Below, piece by piece: positions 28,896-38,258 of a stretch of 64,000 bases of DNA. The DNA comes from Candidatus Thalassarchaeum sp. (lineage in GTDB: Archaea; Thermoplasmatota; Poseidoniia; Poseidoniales; Thalassarchaeaceae). The translations under genes and the position numbers were made by a program. The notes under the pieces are model-generated. The model did no database searches, was not told the origin of the DNA, and saw only the letters and a program-made list of their open reading frames with translations. How positions within the stretch are numbered: the first letter of the stretch is position 1; each line of letters opens with the position of its first letter. Where the stretch lies: the NCBI GenBank assembly GCA_016777225.1, contig JADHRW010000002.1, positions 1,284 to 65,283 of the forward strand, read 5' to 3'.

Positions 28896-29642
28896 ATGAG
28901 TAAGCGCTGGTACCAAGAAAACCGCCGTGACCCTTGGCGCAGGCAGGCCAAATCAAAGGGCTACAGGGCGCGATCAGCATACAAGTTGAAACAAATACAA
29001 GATAGATTCGATATTATTAGAAAGGGAGATTATGTACTTGACATAGGCTGTCATCCGGGAGGTTGGACTCAAGTCGCTGTGGAAGAAGTTGGTGAGGATG
29101 GATACGTAGTAGGAGTAGATTTACTTTCTACATCACCAGTGGAAGGAGCAACAATAATAATTGGAGATATAACTAACCCTAAGACTATAGAGCAAATTGA
29201 TAAAGAATTAGAAGGACATTTTCTCAATTGTGTAATTAGTGATATCTCTCCAAGACTAACCGGCAGATATGATACAGATCAGGCAATATCACTAGAGCTC
29301 TCAACAATGGTCCTAGATGCCGCCATGCCAATACTTACACCTGGTGGCTCATTTGTAACAAAAATATTCCAAGGAGTTGGAATTGAAGGATTAATAGATG
29401 CTGCTAAAATGAGATTTTCTAGTGTACAAAGATACGCACCCACTGCCTCTAGAAGTTCATCATCAGAAACCTATCTAGTGTGTAGAAATAAATTACCAAA
29501 AGTAAGAAAAGAATCACTAGGAAGAACTGCGTATGAACAATTGAAAGATCATCTAAAAGACCTAGATATTGTCATAGAAGTGGAAGATGAAGATCAAGTA
29601 GAAACTAAAATTGGATATAGAAAATATACTAAATCCGAATAA
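28896..29642 (+). CDS. rlmE: 23S rRNA (uridine-2'-O)-methyltransferase RlmE/FtsJ
   Basis: RSAYKLKQIQDRFDIIRKGDYVLDIGCHPGGWTQV; VISDISP; FVTKIFQG. Confidence 0.9.
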   Translation: MSKRWYQENRRDPWRRQAKSKGYRARSAYKLKQIQDRFDIIRKGDYVLDIGCHPGGWTQVAVEEVGEDGYVVGVDLLSTSPVEGATIIIGDITNPKTIEQIDKELEGHFLNCVISDISPRLTGRYDTDQAISLELSTMVLDAAMPILTPGGSFVTKIFQGVGIEGLIDAAKMRFSSVQRYAPTASRSSSSETYLVCRNKLPKVRKESLGRTAYEQLKDHLKDLDIVIEVEDEDQVETKIGYRKYTKSE

Positions 29643-29669
29643 TCAGAAAATACCTGCATCCGGGAAACC

Positions 29670-29677
29670 TATAAATA
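29670..29677 (+). promoter_or_regulatory. Putative TATA box of the rhodopsin gene
   Basis: aaaccTATAAATAcc lies about 37 nt upstream of ATG 29714. Confidence 0.35.
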
Positions 29678-29713
29678 CCAATCATATTTTAGTAAATATA
29701 GGGGAACCTAATA

Positions 29714-30559
29714 ATGAGTACAACTCGATTATCAAATATTAGCCTAAGAACGAATGCCATAGTAGCCGGAGCCACTATGCTTGCACTAATGCTGGTGCAA
29801 ACAGTAAGTGCAGGAACAGTAAATCCAGCGGCACAAGATTATAGTAATTTAGAAATGTTAACCTTCTTTACTTTCTTCGTTGGTTACATTGCAATGGGTG
29901 CTGCGTTTGTATTCTTCATTGTTGAGAGAAATAATGTTGCTCCACAATTTAGAACAACTATGACAATCTCTGCATTGATTGTAGGTATTGCTGCTATGCA
30001 CTACTACTACATGAGAGGAGTTTACATCGAACACGATGTTGTAAGTATTCAATACAGATACATGGACTGGATTATTACAGTCCCACTAATGGCTCTAAAA
30101 TTCCCAAGTCTAGTAGGTAAAGATGCTATCACTGATTCAAAAGTTGCAGGCTTAGGATTCACTGGAATTTGTTTCTTAGGTGCTCTAATAATGATCGGGT
30201 TCGGATATGCAGGAGAAGCTGGCTTAATGGATGGAATGATTGCATTAGTTCTTGGAGGAATGGGATGGGCTATGATTATCGTAGCAACCGGAACTCCATG
30301 GACAGAAGGCAAAGGAGTAGATAACAGTAAAATCGCTCCTGAGTTGATGTGGTCAACAAACGCTCTAAGATGGTTTATTGTAGTAGGATGGATTATTTAC
30401 CCAATCGGTTACTTATTCAGCCCAGAGGTTGCTATCCTAGATAATGTAAATCAAGAAACAATGGCTGTTCTTTACAACATTGCTGACATGATTAACAAGA
30501 TCGGTTTCGGTGTTGTTGCATGGATGGGTGCTAAGAAAGCAACCGAAATGATGGCTTAA
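29714..30559 (+). CDS. Proteorhodopsin-family microbial rhodopsin (light-driven pump type)
   Basis: Seven hydrophobic segments. Helix C RYMDWIITVPLMALKF. Helix G LYNIADMINKIGFG with retinal Lys (K262) and counterion Asp (D258). PR-type MHYYYMRGVY and WIIYPIGY. Confidence 0.9.
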   Translation: MSTTRLSNISLRTNAIVAGATMLALMLVQTVSAGTVNPAAQDYSNLEMLTFFTFFVGYIAMGAAFVFFIVERNNVAPQFRTTMTISALIVGIAAMHYYYMRGVYIEHDVVSIQYRYMDWIITVPLMALKFPSLVGKDAITDSKVAGLGFTGICFLGALIMIGFGYAGEAGLMDGMIALVLGGMGWAMIIVATGTPWTEGKGVDNSKIAPELMWSTNALRWFIVVGWIIYPIGYLFSPEVAILDNVNQETMAVLYNIADMINKIGFGVVAWMGAKKATEMMA

Positions 30560-30595
30560 ATTTAGAAATGAATTAAACTTTCAGAAATACGTAAA

Positions 30596-30629
30596 GGAAA
30601 GGCTGGGGAATTAAAACCTCAGCCTTTCC
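30596..30629. terminator. 13-bp stem hairpin between convergent rhodopsin and cupin genes
   Basis: GGAAAGGCTGGGG-aattaaaa-CCTCAGCCTTTCC (one G-U pair), flanked by AT-rich runs. It could act for both convergent transcripts. Confidence 0.5.
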
Positions 30630-30647
30630 CTAAATTTTAAATTAATA

Positions 30648-31115
30648 TCATTCAGACTTTCTATCGTAAGGCACTATGTTCTGCCATTCTGATGCATCAG
30701 ATCTAGAAACAATCGCTTCAACCCAATCTGTTTCGGAGCAATTGAAAACCTCATGAGGTAGCCCAGGCTCAATATAGAACATATCTCCTGCACTGTGGAC
30801 TACGGAATTACGACAACCAGGACCGAACTCATGTCTAACGCTTCCTTTGAGTAAAAATACCATAACATCAAAATCCACATGAATATGCGCTTTAGCTATA
30901 CCAGCAGGAGGTATGAATGCTTTATTCATTGAAAGCTTAGTAGATGGTGTATTTTTAGCGGAAAGACCTGCCCCATACTGAATATTATTCCATCCTCTAA
31001 CTTTGTGAACTTCACGTAGACCATGGATGCCCCCTACATCCTCTACATACTTCTTCAAATCTGTTTGTTCACCGTTCAATGTCAATTCTTCTTCACTCAT
31101 TCTATCACGGAACAT
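30648..31115 (-). CDS. Cupin-domain protein
   Basis: Cupin motif 1 KAHIHVDFDVMVFLLKG and motif 2 GDMFYIEPGLPHEVFN. Confidence 0.7.
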   Translation of the reverse strand: MFRDRMSEEELTLNGEQTDLKKYVEDVGGIHGLREVHKVRGWNNIQYGAGLSAKNTPSTKLSMNKAFIPPAGIAKAHIHVDFDVMVFLLKGSVRHEFGPGCRNSVVHSAGDMFYIEPGLPHEVFNCSETDWVEAIVSRSDASEWQNIVPYDRKSE

Positions 31116-31248
31116 TGGAACAGGTGATTACTTACAAAATGACCTATCTGAGGCTTGAAACAGCATACTGAGGAGAGTTTTCTATTCACTCCGCTCAATC
31201 AAGCCTAAAAAGGGGTGGTCGCTCGCCTACTTCATCCGAGGGAATAAT

Positions 31249-31416
31249 ATGGTAAGTAGAGCAAAAGTATGTACATCATCTGGGGTACCTCTAGTGGACA
31301 ATAAAAGCACCGCTTTTCCATGTCCTGATTGTGGCACCTCGATAGGTAGAAGCGCACAATGTCGTTCACAGGCAGTTGCTTATATTTGCCCGAATTGTGG
31401 GTTTCAAGGTCCTTGA
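31249..31416 (+). CDS. Small Zn-ribbon protein (COG2888-type, conserved partner of aEF-1beta)
   Basis: 55-aa ORF below the track cutoff: MVSRAKVCTSSGVPLVDNKSTAFPCPDCGTSIGRSAQCRSQAVAYICPNCGFQGP. It has CPxCG ... CPNCGFxGP motifs and sits directly upstream of aEF-1beta, as in other archaea. Confidence 0.75.
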   Translation: MVSRAKVCTSSGVPLVDNKSTAFPCPDCGTSIGRSAQCRSQAVAYICPNCGFQGP

Positions 31417-31429
31417 ATAGGTGTTAATT

Positions 31430-31696
31430 ATGGGTCATGTCGTTGTAAAGTATAAGGTAACTATCAATAATCCTGAAGAGGGAACACCAGATTATCAATC
31501 AATAGCAGAAGTTATTGAATCTTTCGAAGAAGTGCAAGCAGTTGAGATCAAACCACTGGCTTTTGGAATGATGTATATTGAAGTACAAGTAGTCTTGGGC
31601 GAAGGAGAAGGTATTGTTGATGAATTCGAAGAAAGAGTCAGGGCGGTTAATTCTTTAGTTGGACAAATAGAAGCATTAGAAATGGGACGACTTTAG
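31430..31696 (+). CDS. ef1b: Translation elongation factor aEF-1 beta
   Basis: MGHVVVKYKVTINNPEE...KPLAFGMMYIEVQVVLGEGEG... matches the aEF-1beta pattern at about 88 aa. ATG 31430 is preferred over GTG 31421. Confidence 0.85.
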   Translation: MGHVVVKYKVTINNPEEGTPDYQSIAEVIESFEEVQAVEIKPLAFGMMYIEVQVVLGEGEGIVDEFEERVRAVNSLVGQIEALEMGRL

Positions 31697-31721
31697 TCAG
31701 CACCATAGAATCCATATTTTT

Positions 31722-33119
31722 TCAGTAATGATCTAATGGTGAACGCATTAGTTCACGCATCAACACAGTTGCATATGTGCCTGGTGGAAGTATAAATTTA
31801 ACCCGCATATTTGCACCATCATAGCTCCATAAATCTCCTTCACTAGGGCCTTCTTCCCATCTTCTAGATACCGAGGATTCAGGAATTTCAGGCACCTCTT
31901 CTATAGAAAAGTCACGAAACATCACAGACAGAGGCCTTCGTGTACCACTAGTAGTTAGACGAGGTATCGCTGAAACACGCCATTCAATTGAATCTAAATT
32001 TGTAGTCATGAGAGCCTTCTTTTCGACATCTCCCGGTTTTCCATTAGCTATTATTACATCATTACCAGGAAGGAGACCAGTGACCGCTAGTCTGCCTAGA
32101 GAACAATTTCTTCTACATCTTTCTAAATTTGTCTCGCTAACTTCAGCTAACTTTCCAATATCTATTCGTCCACTAGCCAATATTGGTGCCACTAAATCAC
32201 CAATTACAGGTTCAACTAAACTAATATCAGATTCCAGACGGCCGGCAAGTGCATGATTGAACGCTAAAGATTGTAAAGAATGAACAGTAAGTAATTGTAA
32301 CGAGGTGGGCATTGTTTTGTACGCTTTGATCCAGTTATCAGGTTGATTTTGTAGGCTTTCTAGTATATTTCTTTCATAACCTAAATGTTTTGGGATTATC
32401 TCAAGACATTTCTCTGGATCTTTGGTTTCTCGCCACATTTCCCTTACTTTATCAGTTTCATCACCATCATTAAGGCCCTTCATCCCAAGATACAAATTAA
32501 CTGCTTCTTCAAAGTCACCAGAAACCACAGCTCGACCTACTTCAGGAGTAACTGGTCGCGTAGACCCAAAACGTTGAGGACCTATCCAATTAGGAAAGAT
32601 ATTTTTACCTAATTTATCGGACATTTTAGAAACTAAATCTAATACTCTACGCATGGCTTCTTTTCCTTCAAGAGGCGAACCATCATTGTCGCAACACCCC
32701 CTAACGGTAATTGAAAAACGATTCCCATCATGATCAGACATTCCAATCTTCTGGTGAGTTCTACCCAAAATCTCTAATGTAGAGTCGGGAATACTTACTT
32801 CCTCGACTCTTTTTTGAGGAGCATCAATTACTAATAATTGAGTAGTTATTGCACGTTTATCTTTCAAACCAGAAGAAAATATACGATTTCTATTTATTCC
32901 ACATGCCCTTGATAATCTTTTAAGATATCTGTTAGTTTCCCAATTTACTAATGTGGCTCTGACTACTGTAAATCGTCCTTTAGGATCTAATGCAGGTATT
33001 GATGATACCTCTTCTACTCTAAAATCTTCTACACGTACTTTCAAAATTCCGCCGATACCCTGACCTTCAACAGCGCCAGCGCCGAAACCAAGGTATTCTT
33101 CAATGGACTGATTATCCAT
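31722..33119 (-). CDS. truD: tRNA pseudouridine synthase TruD/Pus7
   Basis: GGILKVRVEDFRVEE; GLKDKRAITTQ (catalytic Asp block); PNWIGPQRFG. Confidence 0.9.
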   Translation of the reverse strand: MDNQSIEEYLGFGAGAVEGQGIGGILKVRVEDFRVEEVSSIPALDPKGRFTVVRATLVNWETNRYLKRLSRACGINRNRIFSSGLKDKRAITTQLLVIDAPQKRVEEVSIPDSTLEILGRTHQKIGMSDHDGNRFSITVRGCCDNDGSPLEGKEAMRRVLDLVSKMSDKLGKNIFPNWIGPQRFGSTRPVTPEVGRAVVSGDFEEAVNLYLGMKGLNDGDETDKVREMWRETKDPEKCLEIIPKHLGYERNILESLQNQPDNWIKAYKTMPTSLQLLTVHSLQSLAFNHALAGRLESDISLVEPVIGDLVAPILASGRIDIGKLAEVSETNLERCRRNCSLGRLAVTGLLPGNDVIIANGKPGDVEKKALMTTNLDSIEWRVSAIPRLTTSGTRRPLSVMFRDFSIEEVPEIPESSVSRRWEEGPSEGDLWSYDGANMRVKFILPPGTYATVLMRELMRSPLDHY

Positions 33120-33132
33120 AATACAACAACGC

Positions 33133-33390
33133 TTACAATTTGAGATTAGAGAATTCTTTGTTTATTCCGCTGCAAAGATCACGGAAAACTTTCTCCGCTT
33201 TTTTACCCTTAATACAACGAACATAAAGCTCAGGTTCATCCAAATCAGGGTGCTTTTGAAAATAGTTTGCATACTCTACATCTTTACTATCATTCAGTCG
33301 TGAACGGAACAATTGCAGGGTTGAATGGTTCTCTCCGATAATTCTGAGACGAAGTTCGGTTCCTTCGTTTTTTAGCACCTTGATTGGCAT
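33133..33390 (-). CDS. rpoL: DNA-directed RNA polymerase subunit L (Rpo11)
   Basis: MPIKVLKNEGTELRLRIIGENHSTLQLFRSRL...VEYANYFQKHPDLDEPELYV, 85 aa from ATG 33390. The upstream extension to 33480 is unlikely. Confidence 0.85.
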   Translation of the reverse strand: MPIKVLKNEGTELRLRIIGENHSTLQLFRSRLNDSKDVEYANYFQKHPDLDEPELYVRCIKGKKAEKVFRDLCSGINKEFSNLKL

Positions 33391-33501
33391 AAGACAACCG
33401 CACGACTCGCCACTCCTTTTTGAGGGCTTGCCTCCGAATGGAGGACCTTGTGGGTCCATGAAACGGTCTAAGTTTAACACCGATATTGATTCGGCCGTGT
33501 A

Positions 33502-36060
33502 ATGGAGGGGCGCGAATCAAGAGAAGAAAGGTTTGCAGAAACATTTGGTAGGTTGGCCCCAGCCATCCTTTTTGTCAGTCTATTATTGACTGTTGTAACC
33601 GCTTCTGCACTACTTCCTTTACCAGAATTTACAACTGATCTTTCATCATTTGCACCTGAAAATGATGCAAAAGATGCAGAAGAACGTATGGATTTAGTAA
33701 TGACTAAAACACCAAACAGAATTTATGTCCAAGTTAACCCCAGCGAAGATGGAGCAAATATCTTAGAAATTGGTGCTTTGAAACAAATGACATATGATTT
33801 GGAAAGAATTAATTTGATTTATGGAGAAGATATCATATCACATATAAATATCGCAAATATTCTAGACAACATCCTGAAGGAAAGAGATAATCAAAGTAGG
33901 ACGATTCAAGATTTTCAAGAATGGGATGATTTGCTAGCAGCAATAATTAACGATGATGAAGATTGTACAGATGCAGTAGGTAATGATCAGGCTATAGCGT
34001 CGGCTACATTTGCTAGAGATGCTCTACTTAATACTGATTTTGAGTATCTATCAGTTTGTGATTGGATAATAGGACAGGGGGGGTCATCTACACCAGTGGC
34101 ATCTAGTACAATGTGGGTAATAGAAATTAATGGTGCTTTAGACTCGAAAGAAAGACAGGTTTTGGCTAAACAAATCAGAGAATACCTGACAGAGAATGTT
34201 AGTGTAGATCTAAACTCAGTCATAAATTATGGAGTCATCTCTGATGATTTAATTAGTAATGACATAAACGATACTACTCTGGATAATTTCATTTGGTTAC
34301 TTCTATTTGCAATTATCGTAGTTGTATTTGTTCTTGCCATAGTTTTCCGTTCATTCTTGATGATTGCGGCGCCATTACTCGGACTTTCTGCAGCGTTAAT
34401 ATGGACTTATGGCATAATAACACTAATAGGTAGACCTTTTTCAATTCTCGAGGTTGCTGTAGCACCTGTAGTCTTTGGATTAGGGATAGATTATGCAATA
34501 CATCTACAGAGAGGATATGAAGAAGCTAGGAAAAAAACTTCATCGGCAGCTCATGCATGGATTAAATCATTCTCAATTATTAGAGTTGCATTAACACTGG
34601 CAGTTGTAACCACAGTATCTGCATTCTTAGCCAGTTCACTATCTCCCTTACCCCCGCTACAAACCTTTGGAATAACATTGGCATTAGGCGTGGTTTGCGC
34701 ATTTGTTGCAAGTACTGTGACAGTAGGTGCGTTACACGTAGTTGTTGAAAAAACAGCTGGGGTGAATAAGAGAAAATCAATAGACATTTCCAAATTCGCT
34801 AAGTTAGCCACTAATATACAGCAAAGAAATACTGCACGGATACTACTAATTGTTGTCATATTAACAACAAGTTCAGTATTTTTAGCAGGTACTAGATTAG
34901 ATACTAGTTTCGAATTAACAGATTTCTTATCTGAAGATGACATGCCCATAATGGAAGTTAGATCGGATATTTATGAATCATATGATGCTGCGGCATGGAA
35001 ATCTGTGACAATACTCATTGAACCAAGTAGTGGTGAAGATTCACTAAATGGAGAAAGAGATATTCTTAGAGGTTTAGAATTCCTAGATTTAAGAATTTCC
35101 GCCATACCAGATGTAGTCACTCCAATAACTACGAATTCACAAAGACCTTCGTATGATGGTCTATATCCTATACTCAGAGACGCTGTTGAAATGAATTCGT
35201 CTTTCGGTGAAACATATCATTTAGGTATTTTTGATGGAGAAATAGATGTAATAGATGGCTTCCAAGAGGGAGATATTTCAGCAGCCATTTATTATCTATT
35301 GCAGAATAATTCGATTGGAGAGCCACTACGAGGTCAAACATGGGCAGAAAGAACATCGATGCATGTTGCATTAACAGACGATGATTCATCCCTGAGATAT
35401 CTGAAAATTAGAGTAGATGTCATAGCTGAGACAAGTGAACAAACATCTAATCTGGCTGAAGAGTTTGAAAAACAGGCTGCTTTAATTGAATCAGAGGGAT
35501 ATATTAATGGAAATGTACATATTGGTGGTGAGGTAATGATGATCCATAGTATATTCTCAGGATTAGTGGTTTCACAAGTTGAGTCTACAGGGGTTAGTCT
35601 ACTAGTATCTATCTTAGTATTATTTGTATTGACTAGAAGATTAGGGCAGTCCCTAGTAGTTATATTACCTGTAGGAATTGCTGGATCATGGGTTGTTGGT
35701 TCTATGGCAATACTCGGGTTAAATTGGAATGTCTTGACAATTATGATTACTGCCTTAACCGTTGGTTTAGGCATAGATTATTCTATACATGTATGGAGGA
35801 GTTTTGAAGCCAATCGTAATTCAGGATTAGGTGTTTGGGATTCAATGAGAAATATGTATGCCACTACTGGAACCGCATTAATTATGTCTGCTGGCACCAC
35901 TATTTGTGGATTTTTGGTTTTGAAATTATCTCCAATTCCCGTCATACAAGACTTTGGGATAGTAAGTTCTATTTCCGTGGCTTTCTCATTAATATTAGCA
36001 TTATTTGTATTACCAGGACTTTTGGCTGCAGAAGTTAGAACTTCAAATCAAAATAATTAG
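33502..36060 (+). CDS. RND-superfamily membrane transporter (COG1033 / MMPL / HpnN-like), paralog of 22456-25617
   Basis: 852 aa with the same two-half architecture. Motifs GLGIDYAIHL and GLGIDYSIHV. Confidence 0.85.
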   Translation: MEGRESREERFAETFGRLAPAILFVSLLLTVVTASALLPLPEFTTDLSSFAPENDAKDAEERMDLVMTKTPNRIYVQVNPSEDGANILEIGALKQMTYDLERINLIYGEDIISHINIANILDNILKERDNQSRTIQDFQEWDDLLAAIINDDEDCTDAVGNDQAIASATFARDALLNTDFEYLSVCDWIIGQGGSSTPVASSTMWVIEINGALDSKERQVLAKQIREYLTENVSVDLNSVINYGVISDDLISNDINDTTLDNFIWLLLFAIIVVVFVLAIVFRSFLMIAAPLLGLSAALIWTYGIITLIGRPFSILEVAVAPVVFGLGIDYAIHLQRGYEEARKKTSSAAHAWIKSFSIIRVALTLAVVTTVSAFLASSLSPLPPLQTFGITLALGVVCAFVASTVTVGALHVVVEKTAGVNKRKSIDISKFAKLATNIQQRNTARILLIVVILTTSSVFLAGTRLDTSFELTDFLSEDDMPIMEVRSDIYESYDAAAWKSVTILIEPSSGEDSLNGERDILRGLEFLDLRISAIPDVVTPITTNSQRPSYDGLYPILRDAVEMNSSFGETYHLGIFDGEIDVIDGFQEGDISAAIYYLLQNNSIGEPLRGQTWAERTSMHVALTDDDSSLRYLKIRVDVIAETSEQTSNLAEEFEKQAALIESEGYINGNVHIGGEVMMIHSIFSGLVVSQVESTGVSLLVSILVLFVLTRRLGQSLVVILPVGIAGSWVVGSMAILGLNWNVLTIMITALTVGLGIDYSIHVWRSFEANRNSGLGVWDSMRNMYATTGTALIMSAGTTICGFLVLKLSPIPVIQDFGIVSSISVAFSLILALFVLPGLLAAEVRTSNQNN

Positions 36061-36647
36061 ATGGCTTCTATTAAAGAAACAATCTCAACCATGTCTAATC
36101 CTTGCTCTCGAGCCACTAATGCCAAAGCCATCCACAAGGTAACTGGACCTAATGAACGCCTTTTTCTTTGAGCGCGCCGAACAACCTCTCGATTTTCAAG
36201 TCGTGATAGTTGGGCAATTAATTTAATCAAATTAGGAATATTTGCTTCAGAACGATCAGGAGGTCGTTCGACAACTTGAGGAAATTTCGATTCAGATTCA
36301 ACGACTTTAACTACTATTTTAGAGGGTAATGATTCATCAATATTTAATATTACATCTTCTCTTTGTGATATGAAATCTGAAGGATTAGAAATTTTTCTAA
36401 GAATTGGCCTCCATCCAAGTCCAGGTGGAATTTTATTTATTCCATCGGCGGGTTTTAAGATATCATCCTCATTAATTAACCAACCAGATTGCAATAATTT
36501 TTTAATTACTAATTCTGCATCATTAGGTTTCATCCATTGTAATTCCAGAGACCATAAACGAATTAAATCAGAAATCTCAATATGATTAAATTCTGAAAAG
36601 CTAATAAAAAGTAAGCGAGATATCTCTTCAATTGAGTCATCGGACAT
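36057..36647 (-). CDS. Hypothetical protein (archaeal conserved-type, two helical modules)
   Basis: 196-aa ORF with codon usage like its neighbours. No family motif recognised with confidence. Confidence 0.55.
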   Translation of the reverse strand: MSDDSIEEISRLLFISFSEFNHIEISDLIRLWSLELQWMKPNDAELVIKKLLQSGWLINEDDILKPADGINKIPPGLGWRPILRKISNPSDFISQREDVILNIDESLPSKIVVKVVESESKFPQVVERPPDRSEANIPNLIKLIAQLSRLENREVVRRAQRKRRSLGPVTLWMALALVAREQGLDMVEIVSLIEAI

Positions 36648-36726
36648 ATTAACATATTATCTGAACATACAATATGACTTGATTGTTTCTAAATATTTTC
36701 TGAACATTTGTACCGTCAATTGAATA

Positions 36727-37968
36727 ATGAACGCCCCATCCGCACCTACGATTGTTATGGCAAATGAGTACGTTGCAAGAGACCCGCGTACTGGTAAGGT
36801 AATTCAAAAGAGGGAAAAATCAGTAGAACACGACATCAGATCTCTTGAACCAATAGATGGAGCATGGCGAAGAATACCTGTTTATGAAATTCTAAAATTA
36901 GCTAGTGGAGATATTGAATATTTACAATTATCCCTAACTAATGGTGGAGGGTTTGTAAATAGAATTGATGGGATAAAAGCATTAAGCAGAGTTTATGAAA
37001 ATTTAATACCTAAAGCTCATGAAATTTTACTTGAAGTATTAGACGATGATTTAGCAGAAATAAGAATTGCAGGTTTAGAAGTCATGCCTAGTTTTTCCCT
37101 AAAACTACATACAGATCTAATGATTTATCTATCTGATAGGCTAAAAGATACTGAAATTGATGTGAGATTAACAGCAATGCAAGCACTTCAAAAGATGTCT
37201 CCTATTTTTCCTTCGGGCTGTGAAGATATTTTGAGAAGAGAATTAAGACATGAAGATAAAGTGCATCGAAAAAGTGCCTTTGAGGCACTAAAACTGACGA
37301 GTGTGGCATGGCCTGAAGCTGGGTGCTTGCATTTGGATGAACTGATAAGAGAGGAAGAAGTTGATTTGAGGAGAAGAGGGTCGAAAATTTTACGTAATAT
37401 TGCCGCTAAAGGTGGGCCTACGGGATGGGACCTGATTGGATGGTCATTAGATGACGAAGATGTGCAAGTAAGAAGAAACGCCTCACAATGCTTAGTTACA
37501 CTAACTAATTCAGAACCAAGGATTGCTTTGATACTTGTGGAACATGCATTGAATGATGAAGATACAACTGTACGTAATTCTGTTATTCGCGCTATGAAGA
37601 AATTAGATATGCAAAGTCCGAGAGTAACGGATATGATACTACGTGGAGCAAGATCTAGAGACCTGAATCTTAGAAATGCTTGCATTAGTCAACTATCTAT
37701 CATTTTAACAGGAGATCGGTTAAGAGAAAGTGCAGCCGAATTACTTCGTCAAGAAACTGATCCAAAACTTCGAAAACGACTTGCTGCTCTATCGGTTGAC
37801 CTTGAGTTGGATGGCACGGAAACTGAGAAAAATAGATTCTTAGCACCTGTTGATAAAGTCGATGATGATGATGATATGGATTTCACATTACCAATTAGGC
37901 CGGATAAGCCGAAGGGTGAACATGATAAACAGAAGGCAAGTCGGTCAAAACCTGAGGACTTACGATGA
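36727..37968 (+). CDS. HEAT/PBS-lyase-like repeat protein
   Basis: Repeated D(E/A)D..VR..A...L units (DTEIDVRLTAMQAL, DEDVQVRRNASQCL, DEDTTVRNSVIRAM, SRDLNLRNACISQL) and a basic/acidic C-terminal tail. Confidence 0.7.
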   Translation: MNAPSAPTIVMANEYVARDPRTGKVIQKREKSVEHDIRSLEPIDGAWRRIPVYEILKLASGDIEYLQLSLTNGGGFVNRIDGIKALSRVYENLIPKAHEILLEVLDDDLAEIRIAGLEVMPSFSLKLHTDLMIYLSDRLKDTEIDVRLTAMQALQKMSPIFPSGCEDILRRELRHEDKVHRKSAFEALKLTSVAWPEAGCLHLDELIREEEVDLRRRGSKILRNIAAKGGPTGWDLIGWSLDDEDVQVRRNASQCLVTLTNSEPRIALILVEHALNDEDTTVRNSVIRAMKKLDMQSPRVTDMILRGARSRDLNLRNACISQLSIILTGDRLRESAAELLRQETDPKLRKRLAALSVDLELDGTETEKNRFLAPVDKVDDDDDMDFTLPIRPDKPKGEHDKQKASRSKPEDLR

Positions 37969-38249
37969 GTGAACAGTTTGACGAAAAGCTCGAACAATTT
38001 GAACGCCTATGGGAGGGTGTTACACCAAACGGAATTAATAGACAAAAGTCTTTAAAATTCCAACAATATATGCGTCAACATGTACTACAGAAGTTCCATA
38101 AAAAGACAAATGATCAATTTGCTTCTGCAGACAAAGGTCACTTTAATCATAACTTTTCTTCAAAAGATCAATACCTAACAAAAGAGAACTGTAAAAAGTA
38201 CTGGATGGGAGAACTACAGAAGGAAATAAAAGACTCCGAATCCTTCTGA
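37965..38249 (+). CDS. Hypothetical small protein
   Basis: 94-aa ORF. Its start overlaps the HEAT-gene stop (ATGA), which suggests coupling. No motif recognised. Confidence 0.45.
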   Translation: MSEQFDEKLEQFERLWEGVTPNGINRQKSLKFQQYMRQHVLQKFHKKTNDQFASADKGHFNHNFSSKDQYLTKENCKKYWMGELQKEIKDSESF

Positions 38250-38258
38250 GGCGATTAA

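Noticed and set aside
30648-31115. Cupin next to the rhodopsin, considered as a DMSP lyase (DddK/DddQ-like).
   Set aside because: Only the generic two-motif cupin signature is visible. The substrate-specific residues cannot be assessed by eye.
31116-31248. Candidate C/D-box sRNA, based on two CUGA boxes in the cupin / Zn-ribbon intergenic spacer.
   Set aside because: There is no convincing C box (RUGAUGA) or terminal stem. CUGA tetramers are expected by chance.
33290-33544. 84-aa minus-strand ORF and the N-terminal extension of the rpoL ORF to 33480.
   Set aside because: It is in an alternative frame or upstream of the conserved Rpo11 start (MPIKVLKNEG at 33390), and it overlaps the divergent RND gene start region.
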